DNA of 50,296 nt, filler included, from Perkinsus olseni (lineage: Eukaryota), in NCBI GenBank assembly GCA_013115125.1. It is 2 parts of 2 records of this genome, joined end to end, with 100 filler letters (N's around TTAATTAATTAA, not from the genome) between each part and the next. Parts side by side here need not be neighbours in the genome. Positions count along the whole stretch, not along the records: positions 1 to 25,115 come from JABANN010000499.1; positions 25,216 to 50,296 come from JABANN010000500.1. The stretch is one strand, 5' to 3'. Position numbers and translations under genes: made by a program. The notes under the pieces are model-generated. The model was not told the DNA's origin. It saw only the letters and a program-made list of their open reading frames with translations, and searched no databases. The first letter of the stretch is position 1, and the number at the start of each line of letters is the position of its first letter. This document shows positions 12,904 through 25,408 of the stretch, piece after piece.

Positions 12904-14685
12904 ATGCCACCATTCTTATGTCCCCTCTTCCTTCTTCTATCAGCGTTCGTGGCTCTCTGCAGTGCTGGTGAGAAAGTCAACCCTTTTCGAGTATTTGGGT
13001 GAGCTCTCATCACCACCAACAGCTCCGCACCCGAGACCCTTTAGGTACCTTCCGGAGTACCGCCTGTCGGATGATATCGACTTCGATGGTATCTTTTCTA
13101 GCGGCGTGACCGATCTCATATTCTTCAGCGTGGAGGTTGGATACCTCGGCATCATTGAGCAGAAACAGCGCCTGCCAAATCCCACCATTCTTGAGAAGGC
13201 CCGAGCGGCAGCGGACGCCCACGGTGGTCGGCTGATGGTCAGTATTGGTGGAGCTGGGAGGAGCCAAGGGTTTGCGGACATGGTCGCGCACAATGGGGAT
13301 GTGCGGAGGTTCCTTGGACAGCTGGATGATATGTTTAATAAATACCAACTTGATGGTGTGGACTTCAACTGGGAGTATCCCCGAAGCGGAACTGAATGGA
13401 ATAATTTTAAGCAGATGTTGCGATGGGTCAAGTTCAAGTTGAGGAAGAGAAGTCAGCCAGCTACTATTACTCTAGCGTAAGCTTGGGTTAAGAGAATACC
13501 GAGAGAATGAACTACTCTGAGTTTTCGGGAGTTTATGAATTGGAAAAAATATTCACTTGTGTTTCACTTAAAACCCGAGTGTTCGATTGGGAATCCAAGG
13601 GATTGATTGGGAACATTCATCAGAGTTCATAGCCTAGTATGGGCCTTGAGAGGCTCCTCCTGATGCTGGCCATATGTGCCGATATTACGATTAGGTTGAC
13701 GCTGTGGCGGTAGCATAAACTGTCCTATGGAATGACGTCCCACGACTTTCCCTTCGAGTGTTTGTATCATCATCATCATCAGATACCACCCTGATGGCGT
13801 TCAGGAGGAGATGATTAGCAAGTACAGGTTCAGCAAGCAGTGCGACTACTTCCTGGCGATGACTTATGAGCATGCCGAGGGGCGAGGTGTAGATAGCGTT
13901 AGGGCTGCTGTTGGTGCATGGCGGCAAAGAGGCTTGGATGAGCGGAAACAAGCGTTAGGGGTGAGGAGCGACGCGGCTTTGGTGATAGCGAAGCGCTGAC
14001 GGTCAGCGAGGGAGAGGGGAGGGAGAGGGGAGGGAGAGGGGAGGGGGAAGAAATTTCATTGCATTCGATCGATGGTCTTGGACTGGCTTTGCCATCCTGG
14101 CGGTCGTGATTTCTATGAGTAATCAGCATCAACCTTAGATACCATTCTATGGTAGAGACAGGCAGACTGGAGAGCCTCAAACGTATGCGGAGATCTCCGC
14201 CGTATCCAATCCACATCAGCAGTTCATCTATGATTCACCGGAGGAGGTTGAAGCGAGGACGAGATACGCGAAGGACGAAGGCCTGGGGGGCGTCATGATC
14301 TGGGAACTCGGTAAGTGAGGGATGCTGATACAAATACGCCTCGGCTGGGAGTGTAACATGATGAGGTAGTTTGATCAATGCCAAGGCCCGTTACCACGTT
14401 CGGGACCATCTGTCTCGATGGGGACAGTTGCAATTTTCCATCTCTCGTGCGCTTACTTGGACTTGCTCTCTGGCAAGACCTTCTTTAAGAAATACCATAC
14501 GAGTGGGAGTCTCTTCCAAGAGATGACACAGTATCGTGCCAGGCCAAGATCTTCCCCCGTCCAACGGCAGCTCTCTTCTGTCCGCTATCAGCAGGGTTGT
14601 GTCACCATCATCAGCCACTCCCGGGCCGGAGAAGGCTTTCGACGAAGACGAAAGGACAGAGCATAAGAAAGAGGAAGAACTATGA
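12904..14685 (+). CDS. GH18 chitinase-like glycoside hydrolase, multi-exon
   Basis: Signal peptide MPPFLCPLFLLLSAFVALCSA; motifs SIGG, LDGVDFNWEYP, AMTY, GIPFYGR and GLGGVMIWELGQD; C-terminus ...KKEEEL*. Confidence 0.9.
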
Positions 14686-14835
14686 TATCGAGTTCAAGTG
14701 TTTCTTCCAGTCTGTATCTGTTAAGTTTCGTAAACATCAATTTCCGACAAATTGTGGGACGCCGGTCGCGCGCGCCCTGATGATCGGAAATGGTTTCTCG
14801 TTTTCAAAGTGCATGAAAAGATCGTTTTTGTATCA

Positions 14836-16945
14836 ATGGCTTTTGTACGAACGAAGAAGGGGATTTGGGACGGCATCTACGAACCTTCGGCGAGTGTCCT
14901 CAATGTACTTGGGAAGATAACGGCGGCTCAGACGAAAGGTGAGGAATCTTAGGTTGACGCGAGGATAGTATCTTATAGGTCACAATGCTTCTATAAAAGA
15001 TTTGTCGACGGAGGAATTGGTTGATATTATGGAAGAATCCTTTCTGAGTGTGAGGGAGGAAGGTCCGGTGAAACGACGGACGCTGCGGAATATGGTAGTT
15101 GGGAGGGACTTTCTGGGTGGTGGTCATGTTGTTGCAGAGAGTCCTATCACGGAGTCTTACAGTTGTGTTAAAAGGCTTACGACATTCTCCTTCCACTTCT
15201 ACCCAAGTGTACTCCGACCTTTATGCGGATATGACCCTTGCTGATGGAGTGGTATCTTCTTTATTACTACCATCGTCAGTCTGCTTCATCTAGGATTTAC
15301 TGTCGTATTGGTTATGATGATAGCAAAGCCTTGTTGTAGAGTTCTACCGTTGCTCCTTTTCTCAGCCCAACCCGCCGTATGATTCTGTCATAATGAGCCT
15401 ACCAGTGGAGGGGTACTCGGTATCACCTGGGGATAATCCAGCACCGGAGGTATCCAAGGTCGACGCTGGCATTTGGTAGAGTCGGCGTATCTTTTAGGTT
15501 GGAGAGGATCCTATCCCGACTCTGGCTGGACTTAATGCGCAGAGTCCTTTCATCACGCTGAAGTCCAAACTTGCAGGTGCTCAGACGGGGCGTTTCTCGG
15601 TTGCGTGGAGGATGTCTATTTTGTACGGGTCTCGTGAGATAAGTTTTCGAAGCTTCTTCGCTTTTAGTAAATATTTTTGGATTTTTTTGGATGTTGTTTG
15701 TTGGGGTTAATTATTGAGTTGGTGGGTTTGTGGTATGTTAGATGAGGAGCAACTTTTGTTGATGAATGAAGGAAAAGATGAATTAGAAAATAAAATGAAT
15801 TTCCTAGTCCGTAAGTGGCCAATAGGTTGATAACTTGACCTATTTTGTATCTTCCTAGGGAAGTCGGAAGATTTGTCTCTCTTGGTTGAAGAGGATCCAC
15901 CGGCACAAGGTGGAAAGGACAAGAAGGGAGCGGCTGCCGAGGGGGAAGTGAAAGAAGGGAAGAGTGATGTGGTAGGTGGGCCGCTCGGATCCTTAGGGAC
16001 AATGATGATGATCGTATCATCACTTTGCAGTATCTTGATGTTTTTAGTATGGGGAGTATTGCCTTAGTCATTCTGCAGTAAACAATGGTAGTGGACCACT
16101 ACTAGTGGTCCATGCGTTGTATAACCTGACCTCCTCACTGTCTCCACACTTTCACCTTCATTTATATATTCATCCACCTCATCAGTAGGTGACAGAGGTA
16201 TTAGCATCTGCCGATACTCGCTACTCGTAAGGCATCAGTTTACTGTCAAGTATTAGTAATCTTTTATGATTAGTGATTCTCTAGGTACTGTTTTTCTCTC
16301 GCTGTAGTAGTGCTAGCCCGTACCTTTCCCTCTTCACCGTATTGTCATCATTTGCGGAAGCCTTAATATGAGCCTCGCGAGGTTCCCCTCTCGGCTGTTT
16401 CGGGCGAGTCGTTTGTGAGGGTCGTATTTCTGGGAATGACGGACTTGCTACGTCAGGAGATGGAAGTGCTTCTCCCGAGATTCACGATCACTCTCACGGG
16501 TACACCGAAGAAAGGAAGTCCAGCTGAGGGTCATGAAGGAGAGACGTGATGAGAATTGGGAAAGGAGTGGTATGAGAAGGTTCAGACATCTGTGTATGGT
16601 GTAGTTACGTTGAAGAGGTTGTGGTGGGGGCCAAGCTGTCCGGTAGACTGACGCGTGGTAAGCCGTACGTCAGTGAGGAGGAGCGGGAGAGGTTGGAAGA
16701 GGAAAGGCTCGCTAAGGTAATGATAATTATCGCCGTATTTTGAGCTCGCTCGCGTTTCGCTCGCCCGTATATCAAGGAACCTTTTACTGATGTTATTCGT
16801 TTTGTATTTTCCTAGTATGCTACTTGGAGAGGATAACTGTCGTGATTGCTGTTGTTAGGAGAAAGAAGATAAGAAGAACAAGAAAGGGAAGGGGAAGAAA
16901 GGAGCAGCGGCAGTGCCGGAGGAGCCTCCGATGATCAGAGAGTAG
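14836..16945 (+). CDS. Hypothetical multi-exon protein with Lys/Glu-rich segments; may extend to about 18.0 kb
   Basis: Exon pieces MAFVRTKKGIWDG..., GGKDKKGAAAEGE, EEERERLEEERLAK and KKGKGKKGAAAVPEEP separated by GT-AG introns. Confidence 0.45.
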
Positions 16946-18319
16946 TTGCCTCGACGACCTTCGCCGTCACTAAAAAATATCATATTTTTTGAATATGATA
17001 CCATATTAAATGCGGCATATTTGAAATATGTATACCAGAAGCGTTATAGAATGCCCCGGTGATTAGTGAACCCCAAAACGAAGCGAGTTTGGAGAGTTAC
17101 AAATTATGACAAATACTCAGTGGGAGAGCGTTACAGCTTGAATCCGCTGAGGGACCAAAAGACCTGAGTATCCAACATAGCTCAATAACAATGATTATTC
17201 AGTCACAAAGTGTAGGGGGTCGTGTCGAGGGGAGGTGTGCGCAAATTTGAGTGAAATTTGTGGTTGTCTGGCAAGGTACTCGTGGGAGGTTGACAATCGT
17301 GGAGGAGTGGCGATCGATGACGTGATGGAAGATGCTCCTCCTGGGGAGGAGGGAACACCACCGGCTGTCCCTATGACGGACCTCTGGGAGTAGGGTTGGG
17401 AGGGAACGACGCATCGAGTGGCGTGGTTGTGGTGTAAAGAACCAATTCACTTGTGAAAGGTACATGAATTCCTGGGTAGAATTGACCGGGTCCAATCCTG
17501 AATCTTGGGAGATCATTTTTGTGCGGACAAGACCGGTGAAGGAGCTAACGGAGGTGGGGTCTCGGTCGGAGTACGATAGTTGATCTTGATGGATGGCAGA
17601 GTCAAGAGGGTCAGCCTGGTGTGGAAGAGGATGATAGTCAGGAGAAGTGGGAAAGTTGTGGTACGTCCCTTGCTAGGATCACCCTTCCCGGAGTGAGTGT
17701 GAAGTTGGTCAGCTCTTGGGTACGTGATAGGTGTTTTTCGGTCAGGTTTTGGATACCTTGGAAAGAGATGAAGATGACGTGATGGAGGCCTTGGCTGTCC
17801 TCTGTGGTGTCGACGTGGCGCGACTCCGGCCAATCAGTCTGGGAGTCCGAGAGAATCGATCATTTGTTAACTTCAGGATCTCATCGGATGGGAATTGCCC
17901 TGGTGGGTTGGGAGGTGGACTATCAGATAGTGAGCATATAATAACTGAGAGGAATGGCCAAGTCGTTCGAATGGATTTACTCAACGAAACCGCCAGAATA
18001 ATCTGAACTATAGGCTGTGATCTTGATGCCTCGTGTATGTTTACCATAACCCATACTAAGATTGACGCGTCCGTGTCGTCTATTTTGGAGGGTGAATGAG
18101 GAAGAGTGGTAGAATTAATGGCATGGTATCACTTGTCGATGAGATAACTTTTCTTTGGTGAGAATTAGCCGACAATTTTTTTCATTTTTTTCGCAAATTC
18201 GACGCCCTCTCGAAAAGGAGTCGCGTGACTATCACCAATTAAGTATTTGAAGGTGGTGACGAAAGTGTAGTATTTCTTCAGATAAGTTTTTGAGGAGCAG
18301 TGAGGATTTACTAAGTCGA

Positions 18320-19636
18320 ATGGAGCAAGAGTTGGGAGGAGATCCTATGAAGGAAGGAACTGTGATAGAGTTTTTACGGAAACTGAGGGTAAAGTGGGTG
18401 AGAAATTCCGCGGAATAATTTTCCCATTTGTTTAGTTGACGGATGAAGATGACGAGGATGATACGGATACGCGCCCCTCTGATAATGACGATGAGAGTGA
18501 AACGTCCGGAAGCCCCAAGGGGAGTTTCTACCTGGTACGGCCTCTGCGTTCTGAGGATTAGCGTCACTGCGCCACGAAATTCGAAGCATCCGTCGTTGCC
18601 CTCAGACACGTAAATCGACGTTCACGTTCGAAACTCAGAGTACCTTCCAGCAGGCCGTTGTGGCAGCGGTGGAAGTTAATGACTATTCTCGAGGACGACC
18701 AGTGAGTGTGGAGGGGGTGAGGTCTGGTTGGCTCGTGGTCGCCTGATAGAGTCGCTCCCGGGATTGAGTTCGTGTGAGAGACAATCGGGGAGCGTTCAGT
18801 AGTCCTCACCTGAAATCCCCGGTATTGAGTGAGGGAAGATCTTCGACTCGGGAGAGGCTGTTTGTTGACCACCCGCAAAGTAGTAGTATGATGGTGGTTG
18901 GCAGGTGCTGACTCGCCTCGGCAACCTTGGTGTGGTGGGAGGGGGGATGATGACGTGCCGGGTTGGTCATGGCGTGTCCGTGAGGACCATGGATGAGCTC
19001 AGGAAGGATGTCGAGGAACTGCGTCGTGCGGGGAAGGAAGGAAATCCTGTGTGCGCGAAGTAGGGAGGAATCTTTTGGCTGCGTGGTGCAGCTAGAAGTT
19101 GGTGGTGTTCAGGTATGAGGACATGCGTTGGCGCCGATGTGATTGGTGTGATCGCGAACCCCTCTTTTTCGAGTACCGTTGTATAGGTGAGTAATGCTTT
19201 TCTTGTTGTTGTCTGGGAGAGTTGCGAAAAATGTGGTATATCAATACCGAATCTATCGGGCCGGAGTCTTTGCCCTGTTTATTTTGTGATTGCCCAAGTT
19301 ATATCAGCATTATTACCGTCACTACTATTATCGTCAACCGGTGTTAAGATAAACTCTCTCCCTCAGTCTGCGATGACCATGGTTGGGTATGCGGCCTCTG
19401 TGCAGTCGGCGATCTGGTTGTTTGCCCGATGAAGCATTCGACCTGTCGGGTGCAGACCTGCACGGATGAACAGTAGGCGTATCTTAGGTTGAAGCTAGGG
19501 AGATATGGAGGGGCATCTTGTTGTCAGTTTCATACCATGCGAAGGATGTGGTACAGCAGGGCGGCAAATTAGCATCGAGTGTGCGTTTGGCGGACACTAT
19601 CGACGATGGCTTTGTTCAGACTGCACTGCGAGGTAA
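18320..19636 (+). CDS. Hypothetical protein with C-terminal Cys-rich (zinc-binding-like) motifs
   Basis: Exons with an acidic tract, then CDWC, CDDHGWVCGLC, CPMKH, CEGC and WLCSDC motifs. Confidence 0.45.
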
Positions 19637-19990
19637 GATTCTTATAAATTAACTCACAGTAAACGTGCATGCCTGTTATAAGTTCTATATAGGTTACCTT
19701 TGTTGTACTACCTTCCGTAGGTAGTAATATATTTATTCTTATTATATTAATAAATAAGATGTAACAGTGTAGAATAACTTGAACGACTGTCGGACTGTCG
19801 ACGATGGCTTTGTTCAGACTGCGCTGCACGGTGAGATTCTTGTGAATTGGAGACACCAGCGCCTCACAGTGAAGGATATCTCGCATGCCTTTTATAATTT
19901 GTATATAGCTCAGCATTGTAATGTTACTTTTCGTAGATATTATCGGTATATCTATTTCTATAATAATTATCATCCAAAAAAGCAGCTCAC
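19591..19990 (+). repeat. Diverged tandem duplication, unit about 200 bp
   Basis: TCGACGATGGCTTTGTTCAGACTGC occurs near 19600 and 19798, with downstream matches CTCACAGT, GCATGCCT and TATATAG at corresponding offsets. Confidence 0.75.
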
Positions 19991-20549
19991 ATAGAATAGC
20001 CTTCAACACATGAATGGCTACGAATTGCTCTAGATAAATTCTAAAGACACGTATTAGATTCTGTGTGATTCAGGGAGGTCTACGGACCATTCTTGTCGAG
20101 CGCGGAGCCGTTGTATGGAGGGGGACCTCTGATACCCTCCGCAGGGATAGTACAACATCTCCGAGGTACCTAGGTCAAGTTGCTGAGCAGATCGATCGAT
20201 CGATCGGGCGAGCGCTTCTTGCATGCAGGATTTGGTGGTCCGGCTGCTTTGGCGGAATATAGCTCTTCGGCGTTGCATTGCTTGGGCGTGGGCTTCACCA
20301 TCACCATACGGGATGTAGGGCATGGGGTGGGCGGCTGGTGCTGCGGGCTTGGTTGAACTCAAGGCTTATCGTCGGTCGTAGTGCCCTCGAGGCACATCAG
20401 AACCCCAGGTGGATCTGCTTTGGCACTGAACGGACTCTTGTTCATTTGCCGTCAAGGTGTGGTATCAACCGACTGGCGTATTTCGCTGTCCTCCCCTTTC
20501 GTACGAGTGACAGCGAGGCAAAGAGACTCGAATCCTAGGTGTTGATCAG

Positions 20550-21696
20550 ATGCCCGAATCTTTGTGGTCGGAAGGTAGCCTAAGGAACCCCCGAGTCCGG
20601 GGTCAGACTATCCGATATGAACTGGGTGTGAAGGAGGATCTAATGATGCTGCTGCATGTGTCCTCGAGCCAGCTGTCAATAATAGGGTAGTTCGTGATGG
20701 CTTTGGGGGCGGCCGGAGGGAAGTCGATTCCTCAGGCGAGAGTTTTTGCCGGACCATAATTGTGTCCAGCTGCAGCTGTATCTTCATCGCGGTATGGAGA
20801 ACATTGAGGTGAATTTTGTGGCGCGCGAGAATGAATCGGGGGATGATCGATTTAGGTCTGCCCATATGCGTTGGTCCACGATTTATCGAGGATGGCTATT
20901 GTGTGGAAGCAGAGGTTGATGAACTCGCAGGGAGAAGGAGAGCAGAAGGAGGAGGATGCTCTCGAGGTTCGGGCGAGTATTCGGGTTGTCAGGTGGGACG
21001 GCTTCATTCAGGTGGTGGATGGTGAGGAGCAGGCCTCGTCTAAATTTTCTCGAGTGGCTCGGGAGTTGATGAGGGGCTCGAAGGAGCAGCAGCAGGAGAA
21101 GCTGCTAGTGTTGGATAAGCACTTTGCGGTGGGGGACGAGGAGGATGATGAGGAGATCCCGTTGCCTGTGGTGGTACGATGGGGGAGGGGTGCCGGTGTT
21201 GGTCACTGCCGGCGCTGGGATCTCTTATGCGTTCGTCGTTGACGGTCTTCAGGTTGATGAAATTCTGGCGGTGAGTGTACATGATGTACTCGAGTCGGGA
21301 GAGCCGGTAAGGGTTCTGATAAGAGCTGGGACGGGACTGTTTCTTCTCTGATGTAGCTTATGGAGAGCGGGGTAGCGAGCAAGCAGCCTGTGAGTGGGCG
21401 AGTGTTCGGAGGGGATGCGAAGGAAGCTATCCGGGAGGACTATTTGCGAGGTAATTCCATCGTCCCTGGCGGCTGACGGGAGTTTGACGTTGTAGTAGTT
21501 GTGGCAGTACGTCTCTTCTGTGCAATTGTTTGAAATGGGTCAAACGTCGCCGTTCTCGGTTGCTGGACAATAGTGGGCGTTGGGACAGCTAAGGTCGAGG
21601 GGCAACGGCGTCTGTGCATTGACGAGGTGCCCCTCTCCCGACGCCCACTGCCCATGGCGATGCAAGTCGCTCTCAATAAATTGTGCATTACAATAA
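20550..21696 (+). CDS. Hypothetical multi-exon protein
   Basis: Spliceable plus-strand exon series including VHDLSRMAIVWKQRLMN, ASSKFSRVARELMRG and VVDGLQVDEILAVSV. Boundaries uncertain. Confidence 0.35.
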
Positions 21697-22111
21697 TTAA
21701 TCGAAATTCACTTGATTCAGTTTAGATTACGTGATCGAATTAGCTTGTGATCTCTCGTTGAGGAGTGTGCTGGTGTGTGAACCATGAAGATGGTGGTGTG
21801 TGAACCTGCTCAGGATGCATCTCGTGGTTATCCCAAATGAAGGGACTGGAATCTCGACGGAACTCGTCGGTGAGGGCATCATCAGTCGACATTGGTCGAG
21901 AGATGCTGGCTATGTTACTGGGAGAAGGGCAGGAAGATTCGAAAGAGTAGTATTTAGGGAAATACAAGTGTGTGCAAGAGAGCAAGATTCACTGCTGTTC
22001 CCATGGGTTCATTATCATCGTGTTGTTGTTACGATAGCGACCTTGTTGTGTTGTAGCTGTTGTTAATAATGGGCTTCGATGACTTGGATCTCAGCGGGAA
22101 TTTATAATCTC

Positions 22112-24748
22112 ATGACAGCCCCGTCTACCGGAGGTACTGATGGTGTGTCGCCCTGCAGTACTGCAGAGAAGGCGGGGGAAGCTTTGATGGTCGACCAGCT
22201 GCCAACTAGCGACCCAGATGAGCTCAGGTGGTGCTTGGGAGGTACTTGTATCGTGCTGAGAGTTTGTGATTTCGCAGGCAGCTGGCGCGGATAGCCAGGG
22301 AGAAGGGCGACTTGGAGAGAGCATGCAACCTGCTGGGCGATGCGTGTGAGATTACTTGCACGAGGGAAGGGACGGATACGTGCAAGGCGATGGCGGCGGT
22401 GCTCTTCGACTTCGGGTGGGCGTAGCGCTATTCTACTCATGTTGGATTGTGTGGAGCAGGGATTGTCTTCTGGCGAAGGAGGAAGAATCTTTGGACATCT
22501 TGAATGGCGATGATGGTGGAGAGAACGGGGTTAATATGGATAACGTGTTGGGAGAAGGTAATGCTTGCCAGGGCGTATATGGGTACCGGAATGCAACATA
22601 GGGTCGTCTGCGAAGAGCGCGATGGATCGGCTACAGGAGGCTGTGGACATGGTGAAAGCGTCGAAGGAGAGGGAGATGGCTGGCGATGGGACGGGTAGTT
22701 GACGGTGGTGGTGCGTGTCGACCACGGTGGGCTGCTTTAGACGCTGAATCTGATGTGGAGGATCTCCAGTTGGCCTGGGAGAACCTCGAGCAATGTCGAA
22801 AGTGTTTAGGGCTGTTCACAGAGGAAGATATGCCTTGGGATCTGGCCAGGTGAGGTAGGGTCACTGAAGAGAGGTAGACTCATTTCAAAGATTCTCCCTA
22901 GAGGTGGGCGGGAAGAATCTGTCGAGGTCGGACAGTTGATGCGGCCATGAAAAGTTAAATTATATGCGGAGAGTCTCCTGGCATGAGACTTTGCAGAGTA
23001 CGCACTATTCTCCGGATTGATGGATTATCCAACGTTAATAGCTGTATACGGCCCGGTGGATATGTGTTCTTCTTATGGCCCGAGTTCAACGCTTCTGCGG
23101 ATGTGAGCGGTTGCCCATCATCTCTCACTTCCCATGGTCCCATATCTGTTGCTCTTCAACTGGATGGCTAAGGCCGAGCTGGTTGATGGGCTCGAATGCC
23201 TCTTGTTTGCGTTGACACGTTCCTTTGAACTGAAGTGCTGGAGCCTGTATCCTGTAGCCTGTGACGAATCCCACCTACCGAGGAAACTCCATCATGAAGC
23301 ATGGTAATCATGGTAACCGACAACCGATGTCGGTTGCATTGCTTCACGTTCATGACTGGGGCGGTTGCAATCTAATTTACGCATTCACGATGAGGGTCTG
23401 GAAGGGGGGTGCTGCGGTCCGAGGTGTCGCTGTCAATATCAACAGTTCTTCCATTGACGGGGCTTTTTTGCAGACGGTTTGTGATCCGGCTGAGCAGGAT
23501 CTACTGCAGACAACAACTTCTTCAACAGACTGGTGAAGGTGCTATCACTTGTTTGTGCTGTGACGCAGCTCCAGGAATCATAAAGGGAGCTCAGCGATTT
23601 CCCGGTGACATTATGCACCGTTGCGGATGCCATCGTGATGAGAGTATCAGAAAAGCCAGGGTGTCGGACACGGACCGTCGGATAGGCCGAGAGATTGCAG
23701 AATCTGGCAATGTGCCCACTCTGGGTTCACAAATGTATCCCTCATTTTCAGCTTTGAACCACACGCCATACTTGATATACACTGTGGAATCGCAGTCCTG
23801 CCGGCTTCCGTACCGAGAATAAGCGTTGAGCTCACCCGTCGCAGCCCTGGGGACAGGCTCTGTCCTCAGCTATGAAGCTGCTGTAACACCCGGGGACACC
23901 ATGTCCCTCTCGGGCTTCATCCCTGGAGGCTATTGACAATAACTTATTATTATGGCGCTGTAATCTCAGACGATGCCACAGCCGACTCGGCGATTTCCTT
24001 CAACTACAAGAGCGTTACCCTCAGGCTTGTGAGGAGTTCGGGAAGGTGACTTCTGTTGCACTTCCTTTTTGGTTGATACTGCTGTTCATCAGGCTCTTGA
24101 GATCTGCGAAAAATGCAATCCACCAGTTCGGGAGAAGGCTGTGGTAAGAGCGTAAGGGCTGCCGTTGGGGGATGGGGCATCGAGGGAGATGTCGTCAGAT
24201 ACTACTCAGACTGGGCGAGTCCCAGCGGCAAGGGGACAAGGAGAAGGGAAAGGAGACTCTTTTGACGGCCAAGGCGTTGTTGGATGATCCTCAACAGCGG
24301 GATGAGGATACCGATGATGTGAGACTCTTGCGTTGTAGTCTACAATTTGTAGCGCGACGGCCCTCAACCAAAGTGTTCCATGCAGCTGCGCGGGATAACT
24401 AAGAATTGTTATTGACGCATAGGGTACACTTGCTCGTTATTAGCATTACAGCTTTATTGACAATGTTATTGCTCGTTACTAGCCCGTTCTCGGAAACAGT
24501 TTCACGGCAAGTTGATGTTTTCGGTATTTTGAACTGTACTGCCAGGGGTTACCTCCTCCGTCGTGTAGGTCCTGGCTGCTATCAATGAAGCTCTGGAGGA
24601 TAACCAGGCAGGAGAGGTGAATGACCAGGTGAAGATCATTCAGCAGATGATGGCTTCAACGTCGCGAGCATCTGATGGACCGGCACTCTCTCTTGGAGCT
24701 TCCACTTCGGCGAAGTTCGATAAGGCGACGCTAGGATCTGATTCTAAG
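22112..24748 (+). CDS. NASP/Sim3/Hif1-like SHNi-TPR histone chaperone, multi-exon; 3' end uncertain
   Basis: TPR-like GDLERACNLLGDACE, an acidic insert, EDLQLAWENLEQCR and CHSRLGDFLQLQERYPQACEEFGKAL (SHNi-TPR pattern). Confidence 0.8.
22899..23723 (+). mobile_element. Degenerate hAT transposon remnant in a NASP intron; right end uncertain
   Basis: Begins TAGAGGTGGGCG, identical to the 12.5-kb MITE end. Decayed transposase fragments SVALQLDG* and ITCLCCDAAPGIIKG...HRCGCH (D...CxxH pattern). Candidate right end TGCCCACTCTG at 23713-23723. Confidence 0.6.
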
Positions 24749-25016
24749 GTGGGGGCTCATCGACTAACTCAACTCAGTTGGAGGTGGCAATGTGTTCATA
24801 CAGTGTGAGCGGTGGATGTACCACGTGGGCGGTGGTCCACCGCCGGTGGCGGACAGTTTTTCGATTGCTCGCACATGCTCGGTAGCCGAAATTGAGGATG
24901 TCGGGCCGACATCGCCGACTGAACGTGGGAGCAAGCAGAGCTCCCGACCAGAGAGCCACCCGATTTGGACAGCTTCAATGGTCACGATGGCCGGGTAATC
25001 GGAAGACCCGGTCATC

Positions 25017-25047
25017 GGGGGGGGGGGGCGGCGCGGGGGGGCGGGGG

Positions 25048-25115
<68 letters not shown>

Positions 25116-25215
25116 NNNNNNNNNNNNNNNNNNNNNNNNNNNNNNNNNNNNNNNNNNNNTTAATTAATTAANNNNNNNNNNNNNNNNNNNNNNNNNNNNN
25201 NNNNNNNNNNNNNNN
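25017..25215. other. Assembly gap/artefact: poly-G run, N runs and TTAATTAATTAA all-frame-stop linker
   Basis: About 100 nt of near-homopolymer G followed by Ns flanking TTAATTAATTAA at 25160-25171. Confidence 0.95.
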
Positions 25216-25280
25216 ATCCGAGAATCGAACTCGGGTCACAACGATGGCAACGTTGTATTCTACCACTAGACCAATGATGC
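25216..25280 (-). tRNA. tRNA-Gly(GCC), 3' end truncated by the gap
   Basis: Reverse complement reads GCATCATTGGTCTAGTGGTAGAATACAACGTTGCCATCGTTGTGACCCGAGTTCGATTCTCGGAT: D-loop, CAACG/CGTTG anticodon stem with GCC, and T-arm. Confidence 0.95.
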
Positions 25281-25408
25281 TGTTGATGGTTATCGTTTAG
25301 CAGCTCGCCGACAGTTTTTTCTTCGATTGTAAGAAATTGCAGCGATTTTATCCGTAGTTTTGCAGCATCGTGAGTTCGAACGTACCTGACATGTTATGCT
25401 TTTCTCAG

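Noticed and set aside
16715-16800. Possible intronic box C/D snoRNA (ATGATAA...CTGA)
   Set aside because: Imperfect C box and no rRNA-complementary guide that I can recognise.
25017-25171. Poly-Gly ORFs and the G tract as a real repeat or G-quadruplex
   Set aside because: Abuts N runs and a synthetic linker; typical read-end artefact.
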